NCBI RefSeq assembly: GCF_018350175.1
Contig: NC_058368.1
Location: 208,198,001 to 208,262,000 of the forward strand
Direction: 5' to 3'
DNA from: Felis catus
Lineage: Eukaryota
DNA: 64,000 bases
In this document: positions 1 to 12,162 of the stretch, piece by piece
Position numbering within the stretch: position 1 is the stretch's first letter
Layout of the letters: each line of letters begins with the position of its first letter
The notes under the pieces: generated by a model
Databases searched by the model: none
Seen by the model: the letters and a program-made list of their open reading frames with translations, nothing else
Told to the model about the DNA's origin: nothing
Translations under genes and position numbers: made by a program

Positions 1-179
1 CTAGTTTCTTGCCCACAGAGCAGATCCATATGAGCTGCAGAATTATTGCAGAGAACATGGGGATCTGTAAGTGTACTGAACTCATCTGCACCCTGAATGG
101 AACTCATGCAGGTAGAACGTTGGCAGTGGGAGAGAAGGCCTGGAAAATTGTCAACACCTAGGCTGATGTTTATTGTAGA

Positions 180-960
180 TCCACTCTAGCAACAGCGTGG
201 AGAAGTGGATCCGAGGAAGGAAGGACTGGAAGCAGGTAGATGAGTAAGGAGGGTCTTTTGCAGTTCAGCAAAAGACAGTGAAGCTGTAAAGTAGGGCACT
301 TGGGTTTGGAAATGAAAAGGGAGAAAAGTTGTGAACACTGAAGACACAGGATTAAAATTGGTGACTGTGTGTTTGGTAACCAAGAAATAGAACCAAATGT
401 GAGTATTAGTTTGGGCGGCTGAGCAGCTGGTGATGTCTTCCACTGAGGCAGAAAATATATGAATGAATTCAGTGGGGAAGATAAATTCATCCTTAATATG
501 TTAAGCTTGAGGTGCTTATGAAGTGTCTGGGTAGCAGTGTCTCATAGGCAGTGATTAGTAGGAGCTGAAGATCTCTATTTGAGAATCATCAACATACATG
601 GCTTCATATTGTTTACGTCTGGAGGTTAACATGCTCAGGGAAAGAGAAATGGGGACCAGGGATACACATCTTACAAGCTTGAATGTCTAAGGGTAGGATG
701 AAAGAAAAAGAGGCCAGCAAAGCAGACAGTAGCCAGAGGGTTAAGAGTAGCCCGGTAAGAGTAGCCCGGTGGGGTAGAGTGGTGTAGAACCCAAGAGAGA
801 AGGGAGTTTTGAGAAGTTAGAGCTTAGGCAACACACCCGATGCTGTGGATGTCAAAGGGAAGGGGGACTGAGAAGTGGCTGTTGGACTGAGCAATTTAGG
901 CCAGCAAGACACCTTAGTGGAATGGTCAAGGTAGGACCCATATTGTGGTAGATTAAAGAG
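180..960 (-). mobile_element. Old LINE-2 fragment(s)
   Basis: Purine-rich text typical of antisense L2 (e.g. gttaagcttgaggtgcttatg...gagaatcatcaacata); highly diverged. Confidence 0.5.
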
Positions 961-1488
961 TAAGTAGGAAACTAGAGATAATTAAAAAGATTGGACATTT
1001 AGGAAAATAAAAAGGTGTGGCTTTAACCAGCAGGGAATTAGGATTAAAGAAAAAGTTTGTTTAAGATGTAGAATACTTAAACATATATTCAGGCTGATGG
1101 AAAGTAAGAAGTCGGCCCTAAATACATAGAATCATTTCAGAGGAATAGAATTATATAATGAGTGACTTTTTCTTGCTGTGGATTTTTTATGTGTGGATAT
1201 AAACCCATTTAATTTGAACCTTTACACTTCTTAAGACATTAACCTGTGACCTTAGCTATTGGCCTATAGTCCCCTGCATTCCCCCACCATCACCCATCGT
1301 AAGTAGATAAGACATACCTACTTTTATTTCTTGTGTAGGTAGGTCTTGCTCCTTTGAAACCTGGGAGGTCATACCTTGTCTTTGGGCCACCATTATTACA
1401 AAACACTTCATAGTATGTTTTGTATACACTGGGCTATTTTATGATAAAATGCTTCTAAAGTATTTGTGATTCCTTTTGCTCTTTCTAG

Positions 1489-1743
1489 GGTCTCCTGATT
1501 CCCAGACGAAGGTTTTTCCTCAAGACAAAGTGATACTTGTAGGCTCAGATATAACATTTTGTTGTGTGACTCAAGAAAAAGTGTTATCAGCACAGATTGG
1601 CCAAACAAATTGTCCCCTTATTCATCTCGATGGGGAAAATGTTGCAATCAAGATCCATAATATTTCAGTTTCTGCAAACAGTGGGACAAATGTGGTTTTC
1701 ACAACAGAAGATAACATATTTGGGACAGTTATTTTCGCAGGAT
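1489..1743 (+). CDS. LIFR: LIFR exon 7 (255 nt), Ig-like domain
   Basis: ctttctag|GG TCT CCT GAT...GCA GGA T|gtaagt; SPDSQTKVFPQDKVILVGSDITFCC...GTVIFAG. Confidence 0.97.
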
Positions 1744-2073
1744 GTAAGTATATAATACTGAAGAAAGAGTTCCTAGTAGTCTGTTTTGGTCCTCTTTGAA
1801 AGCTTTAATGCTGTTTCCAAGTGATGGGGGATGGTGCTATTTCTTTCTCTCTTTTTTTAATTCTTTAGTAAGTTATAGATGAAGGCATCCAAATTTTTGC
1901 TTGTTTTAAGATGAGTTCTAATCTTTTATTTATATAACGTGAAGGTTTTGTAAGAAGATTTGCAATATCCAGCCGGTAATTTTTAAATTCTTAGTTAACA
2001 GCTGTGTTGAGTCAAGGGTAATTAGTATATAATACTTCTTAATCCTGCATTGTTCAGGAATTATCTCATATAA

Positions 2074-2526
2074 CAGTTGACCCTTGAACAAAAAAATAAG
2101 TTCGAACTGCATGGGTCGGCTTATACATGAAATTTTTTCAGTAAATACAGTACAGTACTGTAAATGCATTTTCTCTTACGATTTTCTTAACCTGTTAAAT
2201 AGCTCACTTTATTGTGAGAATATAATACACAGAATATGTGTTATGTTAATCAATCGTCTGTTATTGGTGAGGCTTCCAGTCAACAGTAAACTAGTAGTTA
2301 AGTTTTGGGGGAGTCAAAAGCTATATATAGATTTTTTTTAAGTTTATTTTTTTAGTAAAAAAATACACCCAACAAGGGGGCTTGAATTCATGACCCCAAG
2401 ATCAAGAGTCGCGTGCTTTTCTCATTGAGCCAGCTGGGTGCTCTTGCATGTAGATTTTTGGGAGGTTCCACGAGAACTTCGTGGGAGGTTGGTTCCCCAA
2501 GCCCTGTGTTTTCAAGGGCCACTCTG
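2074..2526. mobile_element. TcMar-Tigger (Tigger2a-like) non-autonomous DNA transposon, interrupted by a SINE
   Basis: Terminal inverted repeats cagttgacccttgaaca ... tgttttcaagggccactctg. Confidence 0.75.
2333..2444 (-). mobile_element. Older short CAN-SINE inserted into the Tigger element
   Basis: T-tail + ggggcttgaattcatgaccccaagatcaagagtcgc...tgagccagctgggtgctc; flanked by tagattttt repeats. Confidence 0.7.
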
Positions 2527-2630
2527 TGTCAGTTTCCCGCCAAAAACACACCTTTTAAAATTAAAAAGGTAAAACGTCCCACCTAATTAAAACATATCTT
2601 TTTAAAATTTAACTTTAAAACATACCTTTT

Positions 2631-2834
2631 GGAGCACCTGGGTGGCTCAGTCGCTTAGTTGAGCGTCCGACTCTTGATGTCAACTCAGGTCATGATCTCA
2701 AGGTTGTGGGATGAAGCTCCACGTCAGGCCTCATGCTCAGCACAGAGCCTGCTTAGGAATCTCTGTCTCTCTCCGTCCCTCTCCCCTTCTTGCTGTCTGT
2801 CTGTCTCTCTCTACAGTAAGTAAATTTTAAAAAA
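2631..2834 (+). mobile_element. CAN-SINE
   Basis: ggagcacctgggtggctcag head, CT-rich tract, TSD tttaaaacatacctttt (2614-2630 / 2835-2851). Confidence 0.9.
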
Positions 2835-4049
2835 TTTAAAACATACCTTTTAAAACTTACCCCAATTAAAGAAATTGTAATGATTTTACACAAAAATCTT
2901 TCAATAGTGTATTGCAGGCTTCTGTGACTTTTAAAGTAATATATTTGAGAAGGAGAAGTAACTGGAGGACATGCATGAAAGGGCCCCCTCTCCCTGTTTG
3001 TGTGTGTAACATATGCTCCATTACACAGGGGCATCGTTACTAATGTGGTCACTCCTGCAGTTCTAAAAGTACAGGGTGTTTCCAGAAGTTATTGTGGGAG
3101 ACTGCCCTATTTATATAGCTTGTGTTGAGTGTCCACAGGGACTTTGCGTTTCGAGCTTTTCTGTCCCCTCTCCCATGGCAACTGTCCTGTGGCGCACTGA
3201 TGGCTTTGCCTCCAGCAGTTCTTGCTTCCCTTCCTCCCCCGCAATTCTGAATTCGAGGCGGAGTTTGGGCTAAAGGGTCTCGTGAATAAAGTGTGTGGAA
3301 CGTAGTGAGTGGGTTTTGTGATTTTCTTTTGCTTGTGTGGTGATTTTTCTTAAACTTTTTTTGATTCTCAGCTGTGCTCTAGACCAGCAGCTCTCCACCT
3401 TTCTATTCCTTCTGTTGAAACTTAGGAGGAATTCTGTCGATTCACTGATACACTCCCAAGGGAATAACCAGGCTTAGGTGCACTTCTCAGTGATGGCTGG
3501 AACCGTGTTCCCTTTTTGTCTTCCCAGAAATGCATTTTGCAGCTCAAGTGAAAGTGAGATTATGTTCAAATTTAAACTTTAGAAATTTCTTTCCTAATGG
3601 AATTTTAGGAAATGACTTGCAACATTCCTCATAAATGATCATGGAGCATATAAACTGGGAACCAGTGGTGTATGTAGTGAAGCTACCTGATAAGTGATAA
3701 CCAAAAAATGAGACAGCCACTTAAAAGTACAAAAGACAAAAATTAAAACTCAGAAGATGAGAATATCCATCAAGTTTTTATTATTTCTAACAGTGTTCTA
3801 ACCTTCTGTCACATAGTAGGACAAACCTATTTAATTCATATATTAACCTTCATTTGTAGCATTTGGTGGTTGAAATACTACTTGTTAACTCTGGAGCAGC
3901 GGTAGCATTTCCCTTCAGAGGGATTTCTTTAGGGACTTAACAGCAAGTGCAGTTTATGGTGTGAGTTAGGGATCAAGAGTCATTATTTTCTTTCCCTCAT
4001 GGATATCGTGTTAACTGGCCATGTGTTCAAAAGACACAGTAAAAACCTA

Positions 4050-4290
4050 CCAGGATTTTGGTTTGAGTTACATTAGATCTATTAATTGAGGAGACCAGTT
4101 TAGGAGAATTTTCATTCTTTCTATACTGAGTTATCCAAGCCAGGAACATGGTCTATCTTTCCATTTAGTTAGGTCTTCTTTGATTTATATTGGTGATAGA
4201 AAGTCTTATGTATCTTCTAATAAATTTATTCCTATGAATTTGGTGTTTGGTGCTAGTAGTAACAGTGGCTTTTTTTCCCCTTAAGTTTAT
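4050..4290 (-). mobile_element. Old L1 ORF2-region fragment
   Basis: ccaggaacatggtctatctttccatttagttaggtcttctttgattt resembles antisense L1 ORF2. Confidence 0.6.
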
Positions 4291-4441
4291 TATTGTAATT
4301 GCAAATAAATTTATTATCCAGCAGACAGAAGAATACTTATTTATCAATACTTGTCAGTGTTTGTTCATGAGCTAATTTAGTTCTAAGCAAAATAGATCTT
4401 ATTTTATAAATACTATTTCTTCAGTAATCATTCAAAATTAT

Positions 4442-4661
4442 TTTCTTTTTTTCTTTTTTAAGGTTTATTTATATTTGAGAGAGAAAGAGAGCACGAGCGG
4501 GGGAGGGACAAAGAGACGGAGACAGAATCTGAGACGGGCTCCAGGCTCCAAGCTGTGAGCTGTCAGCACAGAGCCTGACATGGGGCTCGAACCCAGGATC
4601 ATTGAGATCATGACCTGATCCAAAGTCGGATGCTTAACTGACTGAGCCATCCAGGCGCCCC
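4442..4661 (-). mobile_element. CAN-SINE (felid type)
   Basis: T-tail, (GA)n, ...tgagccatccaggcgcccc. Confidence 0.92.
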
Positions 4662-5344
4662 TGGAGTTATTTTCATAGATAGTGCCACTTCAGCATTAAA
4701 CATTGACCTAAATACTAATCTTTCATCATACTTAAAGCATTTTAACAGAATACACTGTGACATAGAATTAGAGTGTTTAAATATTTATGTCAATGTCAGA
4801 TTTCATACTTGCTCATTTGAAAACATTTTCATAAAAAATGGCTTTGTTTTTTAAATTACATTTTCTATTTGCTGGTAATACAGTTGATTTATACCTAGTT
4901 TTTACCTAGCATCAGGTGATTCCTTTATAAGTTAATCTATTTGGGAAGACAGTACCTTACCTTTCAGATCCTGCCCTCTCATATTTTTTCTGCCTCCCAT
5001 CTTCCCTTCTTCTTTCTCTTTGCTCCTGTTATTTGGATTTTAACTATTTCAACTTAACATATCTGCCAAATACTAAAATAATCAGCATTTTTAGTGTACT
5101 CAAAAATTTGGTATGTCATTCTAATAAAATGACTTAAAGTTTGGCCTTAGATTTAAAACAGTTTTCAAAACAAATATGTCAGTTTTAGTCTCACTATGCC
5201 ATTGTTAGACTTCAATATAAACACTGATGACTTCTCTTAATGTTACCTAAAATATCATTTATGGACATTATTCTATCTCAGGAAGGTATGGGAAATTTGC
5301 TAAGTCCTTTTCAGTTACTCACACAGTCTAAGAACGGTTTTTAT

Positions 5345-5565
5345 AGTTTTTTTTTTTATTTTTTTTTTAACGTTTATTTTTGCGACAGAGAGAGACAGCA
5401 TGAACGGGGGAGGGGCAGAGAGAGAGGGAGACACAGAATCGGAAGCTGGCTCCAGGCTCTGAGCCATCAGCCCAGAGCCTGACGTGGGGCTCGAACTCAC
5501 GGACTGCGAGATCGTGACCTGAGCTGAAGTCGGACGCTTAACCGACTGAGCCACCCAGGCGCCCC
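5345..5565 (-). mobile_element. CAN-SINE (SINEC_Fc-like)
   Basis: Near-consensus felid SINE ending ccacccaggcgcccc. Confidence 0.94.
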
Positions 5566-5596
5566 TAAAGTTTAGTTTTTAAAAAATAAAATTATT

Positions 5597-5830
5597 GGGA
5601 CACCTGGGCGGCTCAGTTGGTTAAGTATACAACTCTTGGTTTTGGCTCAGGTATGCAACTCTTGGTAACCGTTTGTGGGTTCGAGCCCCACGTCGGGCTC
5701 TGTGCTGACAGCTCAGAGCTTGGAGCCTGCTTCAGATTCTGTGTCTCCCTCTCTGCCCCTCCCCTGCTCATGCTCATGCTCTGTCTCTGTCTCTCAATAA
5801 TAAATAAACGTTAAAAAAAAATAAAAAAAA
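5597..5830 (+). mobile_element. CAN-SINE
   Basis: gggacacctgggcggctcagttggttaag ... aataataaataaacgttaaaaaaaa. Confidence 0.92.
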
Positions 5831-5837
5831 ATACCAA

Positions 5838-5858
5838 TTTCTTTTTTCTTTTTTCTTT

Positions 5859-5899
<41 letters not shown>

Positions 5900-5920
5900 T
5901 TCTTCTTCTTCTTCTTCTTC

Positions 5921-5951
<31 letters not shown>

Positions 5952-6089
5952 AGAGAGAGAGAAAAGAGGAGCAGGGGGAGAGAGAGAGAATCTAAACAGA
6001 TGCAGGGATTGATCCCATGACCCTGGGATCGTGACCTGAGCTGAAATCAAGAGTTGGACGCTCAACCAACCGAGCCACCCAAGTGACCC
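5838..6089 (-). mobile_element. CAN-SINE whose A-tail has expanded into a compound microsatellite
   Basis: gatcgtgacctgagctgaaatcaagagttggacgctcaacc...gccaccc preceded by (TTTC)n(TTC)n. Confidence 0.85.
5851..5943. repeat. Compound microsatellite (TTTC)n(TTC)n
   Basis: Directly visible. Confidence 0.95.
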
Positions 6090-6156
6090 TGGAAATAACC
6101 AATTTGTGTAACTAGTGTCCAACACAGAATTTTCCATTATTACTTTAAAGGTCTAA

Positions 6157-6176
6157 GACACACACACACACACACA
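6157..6176. repeat. (CA)n microsatellite
   Basis: Directly visible. Confidence 0.9.
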
Positions 6177-6749
6177 TTCTTTTTTTTTTCTTGTTTTGTC
6201 CCTGCAAAATGAGAGGGAATCATTTCAATAAAGAACAAAAACCAAAGAGCAGTAGTCACTTCTGAATTATAGGAAGATGCAGCATTTCACCAAGAGATAC
6301 TTTATAAGTAATAGTCCTTGCAACTTCTTTAAGAACTTTGAAACTTGTAACAGGACCCGTGTTGACTTTTAATTTGAATTGGAATTTCTTTTCAAATCAC
6401 AGTTATAAATGATAGATATTGATACTTTTAACCTGTAAATTTTTCTGACTTGTTGGATCCAGGTTCCTCTGAGAGATTTGGTAGATTTTGAGGCGGGTGG
6501 GGGGGTCGTTGTTGGGGAGCTTCCAAATGAGCTAGTAGTCATTCGTCAGCATATTTTAATCCATCATTTCTAATGTAAAATCAACTCCAAAACATGCTAC
6601 AGAAATTCCTGCATTGTTCCAAAGGTAAAGTGTAAACACGAAGTTATTTTCATTTTTAAAAGAAATTGTACAAAACATAATTAACATTTGTGAAACATGT
6701 TTTCAGGGAAATTGTTTATCACCTGTAACTACATTTTTCTTCCCATTAG

Positions 6750-6879
6750 ATCCACCTGATATTCCTCAAAAACTGAATTGTGAGACATACGATTTAAAAG
6801 AGATTATATGTACTTGGAATCCCGGAAGACCGACAGCACTGGTGGGCCCACGCAATACAAGTTACACTTTATTTGAAAG
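6750..6879 (+). CDS. LIFR: LIFR exon 8 (130 nt), start of second cytokine-binding module
   Basis: cccattag|AT CCA CCT GAT...GAA AG|gtaaag; YPPDIPQKLNCETYDLKEIICTWNPGRPTALVGPRNTSYTLFES. Confidence 0.96.
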
Positions 6880-7307
6880 GTAAAGATCACTAGTGAGGGA
6901 AAAATGTCAGACAGTGAGGAGTACATTGGAGGGGTATTAAATGACATAGGGAATGCTCTCATTTATGTTATGAGCAAGATGGAAAATCCAGTATGCTGTA
7001 TGAAATTGGATATGCATATTACATGCACATAGACTATGTTTGCATGCTCTTTTAAAAATCCTGGAAGAACCCTCAAATACGAACAGAGGCTATTTCTGGG
7101 TAGTAGGCTTCTGGCCGATTATTTTCATCTATTTTCTGCATCCTCTACGTTTTCTTCCCAGAGTCTGTAGTAACATCTATAATTAGAGATATAAACTTTT
7201 TAAAAAGATTAATTATTAGAAATTTTACCCACCTATTTTTTCCTGCAGCATTTATCTCTCTTGCCATTTTGAAATTATTTTAATCTTGTTGCTCTCTTAA
7301 TTCATAG

Positions 7308-7477
7308 TTTCTCAGGAAAATATGTTAAATTTAAAAGAGTTGAAGCACCAACAAATGAAAGCTACCAGTTATTCTTTCAAATGCGTCCAAATCAAGAAAT
7401 ATATAATTTTACTTTGAATGCTCGCAATCCTCTGGGTCGCTCAGAATCAACTATTTTAGTTAACATAACTGAGAAAG
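7308..7477 (+). CDS. LIFR: LIFR exon 9 (170 nt)
   Basis: ttcatag|T TTC TCA GGA...GAG AAA G|gtaagc; FSGKYVKFKRVEAPTNESYQLFFQMRPNQEIYNFTLNARNPLGRSESTILVNITEK. Confidence 0.96.
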
Positions 7478-7784
7478 GTAAGCTGCTTCATAAACCAGTG
7501 TCTTAAAAATAATTGTAGAAGTGCTGGAGTGTCTTGAGATTAATGAGGAGTGCTTCCAGAGACTACTTTTTACTATTTCTAGTTTTATAAATTTTTATAA
7601 ATTAGTTTTATAAATTTTATAAATTTATAAATCCTTAAAAAATCCTTAAAATGTATAATTATGTTTCACCATTTTATTGAATTCAGATAAAAATTTGAAT
7701 TAGTCGTTTTCACAGAAACTTTAAGTGGTCTTATCTAATAGGTTTTGATTCCTGAAAAATGTTTTGCCCCAGTTTTAAAAGCTT

Positions 7785-8410
7785 TTTATTTTAATTATAG
7801 ACTCACAGGTGGTTGCGAAGATATAAATTACAGCCCCGTGACCTCTTCACCTAGCTTTCGCCATTTTTGACGTCTTAGTAACTATATAGTATCATTTCCA
7901 AATGAGGCAGTTGACACTGGTACACTACTGTAAACCAGGCCAGTGAGCTGGCCTGCTGACTTTGCCCAGTTTTCGCAAGTTTCTACGTGCACTTAGAGGT
8001 GTGTGTGTGTGTGTGTGTGCGCGCGTGCGTGCACTTCTGTGCAGTTGGATCCACGTATAGGTTCACAGAACCACCAACACAATCAATATAGAACTGTTCT
8101 ATCTCCACAAAGGAACTTCTTCTTACCCTCTTGGCAAATCCCCTCCCCCACCCCCATCCCTCCCCCACCCCCACCCTTCCACCACCCCTCCACCACCACC
8201 CCTCCACACATGCTCTTGCATCCCGCTCCCTAGGCAATATCCAATCTGTTATTCCTCTCAGTGCTTTGTTATGTTGAAAATGTTATATAAATGGAATCAT
8301 ACAGTGTATAACCTTTGGAGATTGGCATTTTTTACTAAGGGCAGTATCCTTGAGATCCATCCAAGTTGCTGTATGTATCAGTAAGTAGCTTGTTCCTTTT
8401 TATTGCCGAT
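7785..8410 (-). mobile_element. L1 (L1MB/L1MC-type) 3' end fragment containing a (TG)n tract at ~7999-8018
   Basis: aatgttatataaatggaatcatacagtgtataacctttggagattggc...gagatccatccaagttg is characteristic antisense L1M 3' sequence. Confidence 0.75.
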
Positions 8411-9347
8411 GATTCCGGAATTTTTAGCATCCCTGTTAATGCATAGCTCCAAATAGAACTTAAATATGGTCCATCTTCTTAGCGTTCATTCCTGTGGGCA
8501 TTCTGCTGCATCGGGTCCATACCAGCCTCTGCAGCACAGAACGGTGACATAGAGGCCGTCTCTTAGAGACTCGGTCACTGAGAAAGGCTTAAACCAAATG
8601 CCATTAAAAAACAGACTGGCAAGTGATTAGTAGATGACCCAGTTGCCTTGTTTGTAAACATAAGTACACTTCATCAGCTATTCCTTCTCATCATTTTTGT
8701 TATTTCCTGGGTTTTCATAAGGTCCAAACAGCTACGTTTTATACTTGAGTGGTGGTGTTTGTGTGTATTTCCCTGCCCTCTGCCTTTCAACTTTATTTTC
8801 CCATGTTGCTTTCCTTCCGCTCACATGGCACGCGCACTGTCATCAGCATCACTGCGCCTTTGTTCTTGCTCAGAGCCCAACCTGAAATGCTTTTCTGCAT
8901 CTGTTCTGCCATTTTGCTCAGATTCTCCCTTCAAAGCTCCTCTTAAGACTCTTCACTCTAAGACTTTCCCTACCACACTGACGTCTAAACTCCAGTAGCT
9001 GTTAATATCTCTGCCACACATTTCGAACTCAGCATATGTACTCTTGTTACTTTTCTTTTTGTTTGTCAGTCCCCTAGTAAGTTAGAGGTTCCTTAAAGGT
9101 AGAGATTATGCTTCTACGACCTTGTAGTATTCCTGATGGCAGTGTAGGAACCTTGAGTGTGGTTGGTCCATGAAAACTGTGGGCATGATATCAGCAGTAA
9201 AAGTGAGCTTTTGTGTTCCATGGATACTGAGTGGAATATTGTTGATCAGTACTAATGATACCTCTTTCGTTTTTCGGGGTTTTTTGATTGTCATTTGTCA
9301 TGTTAGAAAAGAGCTTTTAAAATGATCTCTACAAATTGTATTTACAG

Positions 9348-9493
9348 TTTATCCTCGTATTCCTACTTCAATCAGAGTGAAGGATATTAATTCAACAGCT
9401 GTTATACTTTCCTGGCATTTACCGGGCAACTTTGCAAAGATTAAACTTTTATGTCAAATTGAAATTAATAAAACTAACTCAGTACAAGAATTG
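9348..9493 (+). CDS. LIFR: LIFR exon 10 (146 nt)
   Basis: tttacag|TT TAT CCT...GAA TTG|gtgagt; VYPRIPTSIRVKDINSTAVILSWHLPGNFAKIKLLCQIEINKTNSVQEL. Confidence 0.96.
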
Positions 9494-9574
9494 GTGAGTA
9501 AGATTCTTCTGTAGACTTGCTTTGAGGTTACTTTAGATAAAATACTTAGTTTTCAAAAAGAATTGAGTAAATTG

Positions 9575-10010
9575 AGGAGCGCCTGGGTGTCTCTGTCAGT
9601 TAGGCGTCCACTTTTTAAATTTTTTTTTTTCAACGTTTATTTATTTTTGGGACAGAGAGAGACAGAGCATGAATGGGGGAGGGGCAGAGAGAGAGGGAGA
9701 CACAGAATCGGAAACAGGCTCCAGGCTCTGAGCCATCAGCCCAGAGCCCGACGCGGGGCTCGAACTCACAGACCGCGAGATCGTGACCTGGCTGAAGTCG
9801 GATGCTTAACCGACTGCGCCACCCAGGCGCCCGGGCGTCCACTTTTGATCTCAGGTCAGGTCATGATCTCACGGTTCATGGGATCAAGCTCTGCATTGGG
9901 CTCTGCACTGACAGCATGGGGCCTGCTTGAGATTCTCTCTCCCCCCGCCCCTCTGCCCCTCTCTTTCTCTCTTTATCTTTGAGAGAGTCTCAAAATAAAT
10001 AAATAAACTT
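9575..10010 (+). mobile_element. CAN-SINE (host of a nested insertion)
   Basis: Head 9575-9615, body resumes at 9834; TSD aaagaattg[a/t]gtaaattg at 9557-9574 / 10011-10028. Confidence 0.9.
9616..9832 (-). mobile_element. Young SINEC_Fc-like element nested antisense inside the previous SINE
   Basis: TSD ggcgtccactttt at 9603-9615 / 9834-9846. Confidence 0.93.
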
Positions 10011-11129
10011 AAAGAATTGTGTAAATTGATATGCATAGGCTCTCAGGTTATTTATTATAGAGATTTACTAAGAACTAAGGCACTATACATCAATGTAATA
10101 ATGGCTTTTTATTTAGTACTTGAACACAGTTATAATGCTGGATATTATTAGAACATGAGTTGCACTTTTATTAGGTTGTTTCCAGGTCTAGTATAGCATC
10201 TTGCACATAGCTAGTGCCCAGTAAATTTGTGAATGAATGAGTAGTTTTTTGCCATAGCCGCCAGCATGAATTAATGGACTAATAATAAGCACCAGAGAGA
10301 AGGTTTCAGACTGCCAAGTGCAGCAGTAGGAACAAGTGAGTAAGTGAGAGCATGACTTTTTAATACCGTTTAGATACTTAAGGTTGACTTTTATACTGTA
10401 CCGTCTTGTAATTTGTGCTAAGTCCCAAATAAAAGAGACTGTAATGAAAATATTCATTGGAAGCTTATTGATGGTTGCTACAAAACTCAGAGGCCAAAAT
10501 ATAACCCCGAAAGCTTTGTAATTGGGAGTTCAGAGGATTTCCTGAGGCATGCACATCCCCAAATTTGTTTAAACTGTTTCATTTTTTATGTAATTTAAAA
10601 AAGAATTTGTTGACTGTTCCGCATGTTTAACACCAAACTAGAGGTTCTAAGTGCTGTATTAAAAAATGCACAAGACGATGCCTGCCTCGAAGCTTCCAGA
10701 TATACCTAATGTACTTAAATCCTCAAGGTCATCTTAGATTAGTAAATCTGAGGCTTACCATATATTAAGGCTTATTGTATTACCATTAGCCATTGACCGA
10801 TGATCAAAATTTATATCATCTTCTCTGCATAATTTAATTGATCATTATTACTTAGATCCAGTATTTGGATTAAAATGACACCGAAGTTGTTTGGTTGTTG
10901 TTGCAGAGCATAATTTTACCGATTTGGTAGTTACGTAAAAATTAAAATGTTTTGGTGGCTGAACTAACTTTAGTGCTCTAAAGGCAAACTCAGGTGGACA
11001 TTTAGTCAATTTATGTTACACATTTGGGCAGCTTTCTTATCAAAAAAAAGTATGTGTGTATAAATGTGTGTTTTTAAACACATGACATTACTTATACATA
11101 CATTTGCATATTTATTTGCTCTCTAATAG

Positions 11130-11292
11130 CGGAATGTCACGATCAGAGGAGTAGAAAATTCAAGTTATCTTGTAGCTGTGGACCAGTTAAACCCATATAC
11201 TGTATATACTTTCCGGATTCGCTGTTCTGCTGAAACTTTCTGGAAATGGAGCAAATGGAGCAATGAAAAAAAATATTTAACCACAGAAGCCA
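11130..11292 (+). CDS. LIFR: LIFR exon 11 (163 nt), contains WSXWS motif (WSKWS, 11247-11261)
   Basis: ctaatag|CGG AAT GTC...GAA GCC A|gtaagt; RNVTIRGVENSSYLVAVDQLNPYTVYTFRIRCSAETFWKWSKWSNEKKYLTTEA. Confidence 0.97.
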
Positions 11293-12162
11293 GTAAGTTA
11301 ACTAAATGATTTATGGCTAAATATCACTAGGGATCCTGAAATTTTACAACTTTTTTTTTTTTTTTTAATGTCACCAAATGAGTAAAAGGAGAACACTTGA
11401 ATTGTGTAATTGTATAGTATCTGCTCGTAAAATGTCATCCAGACATTTTAAATGGTGACTCTAAGGTTTGGGATAGTGTGGACAGTTACTTGGCCCGTGT
11501 TGTGTGGGAAACTCTAGGTCTGTCTGCCGGATGATTGCAGCTGTCCTAAAATCATGCAGAGGAAACAGACTGGAAGCTGTGCTAAGATTACGGGGTGATT
11601 TTGCTCACAGTCCTTTCCTCCTTTTCCTAGAATTTTAATTCTGTTTTAATTCTGTTCAGTTCTGTTTGCTGAAGACAATTCTTGATAAAGAGAATTTGTT
11701 GGAATTTTTATTTGCGACCTAGGCCTGAGAAATGGATGGGGCCACGGGTCTAGAACTACTCTTCCTGCAGTACACCAAATAGGTCAGAATAGGTGCAAAA
11801 TTAGTTGACTGGTTTTCTGAGTATGATAATTTCCAAAGACAGAATGAGATTCTATCCTTGATGAATCACATGTCAGCTTTGAAAATCAAAAACAAAAAAC
11901 TTAAAAATAGGTATAATTTTCAGGAGTCATTCAGTAAAAGATAGCAAAAGCTTTATTTAAACGGGATACCTTGTGGGGGGGGGGGTGTAAAACTTCTTCC
12001 AAAAATTAATGAACAGTAAAACACAAACTGATAGGTATTGATCCAGACTTTGCCTCTCCACAGGAAGGAAGGTTAGAAAGGTGAGAGGGGCTTTGCAGTA
12101 TTGTGTCCAGGTGGTTTGGATCATCAAAATGGAATCCCATGCATGAATCCAGAGACGGAGAG

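Noticed and set aside
5811..6137. ORF with poly-Arg / KKER repeats
   Set aside because: Translation of the (TTC)n/(TTTC)n microsatellite and a SINE
9563..9982. Recurrent similar ORFs (MAQSVKRPTSAQV..., ...GRGRERGRHRIG...) at 4.5, 5.3, 9.6, 17.6, 55.5, 57 and 62.7 kb suggesting a gene family
   Set aside because: All are translations of CAN-SINE copies
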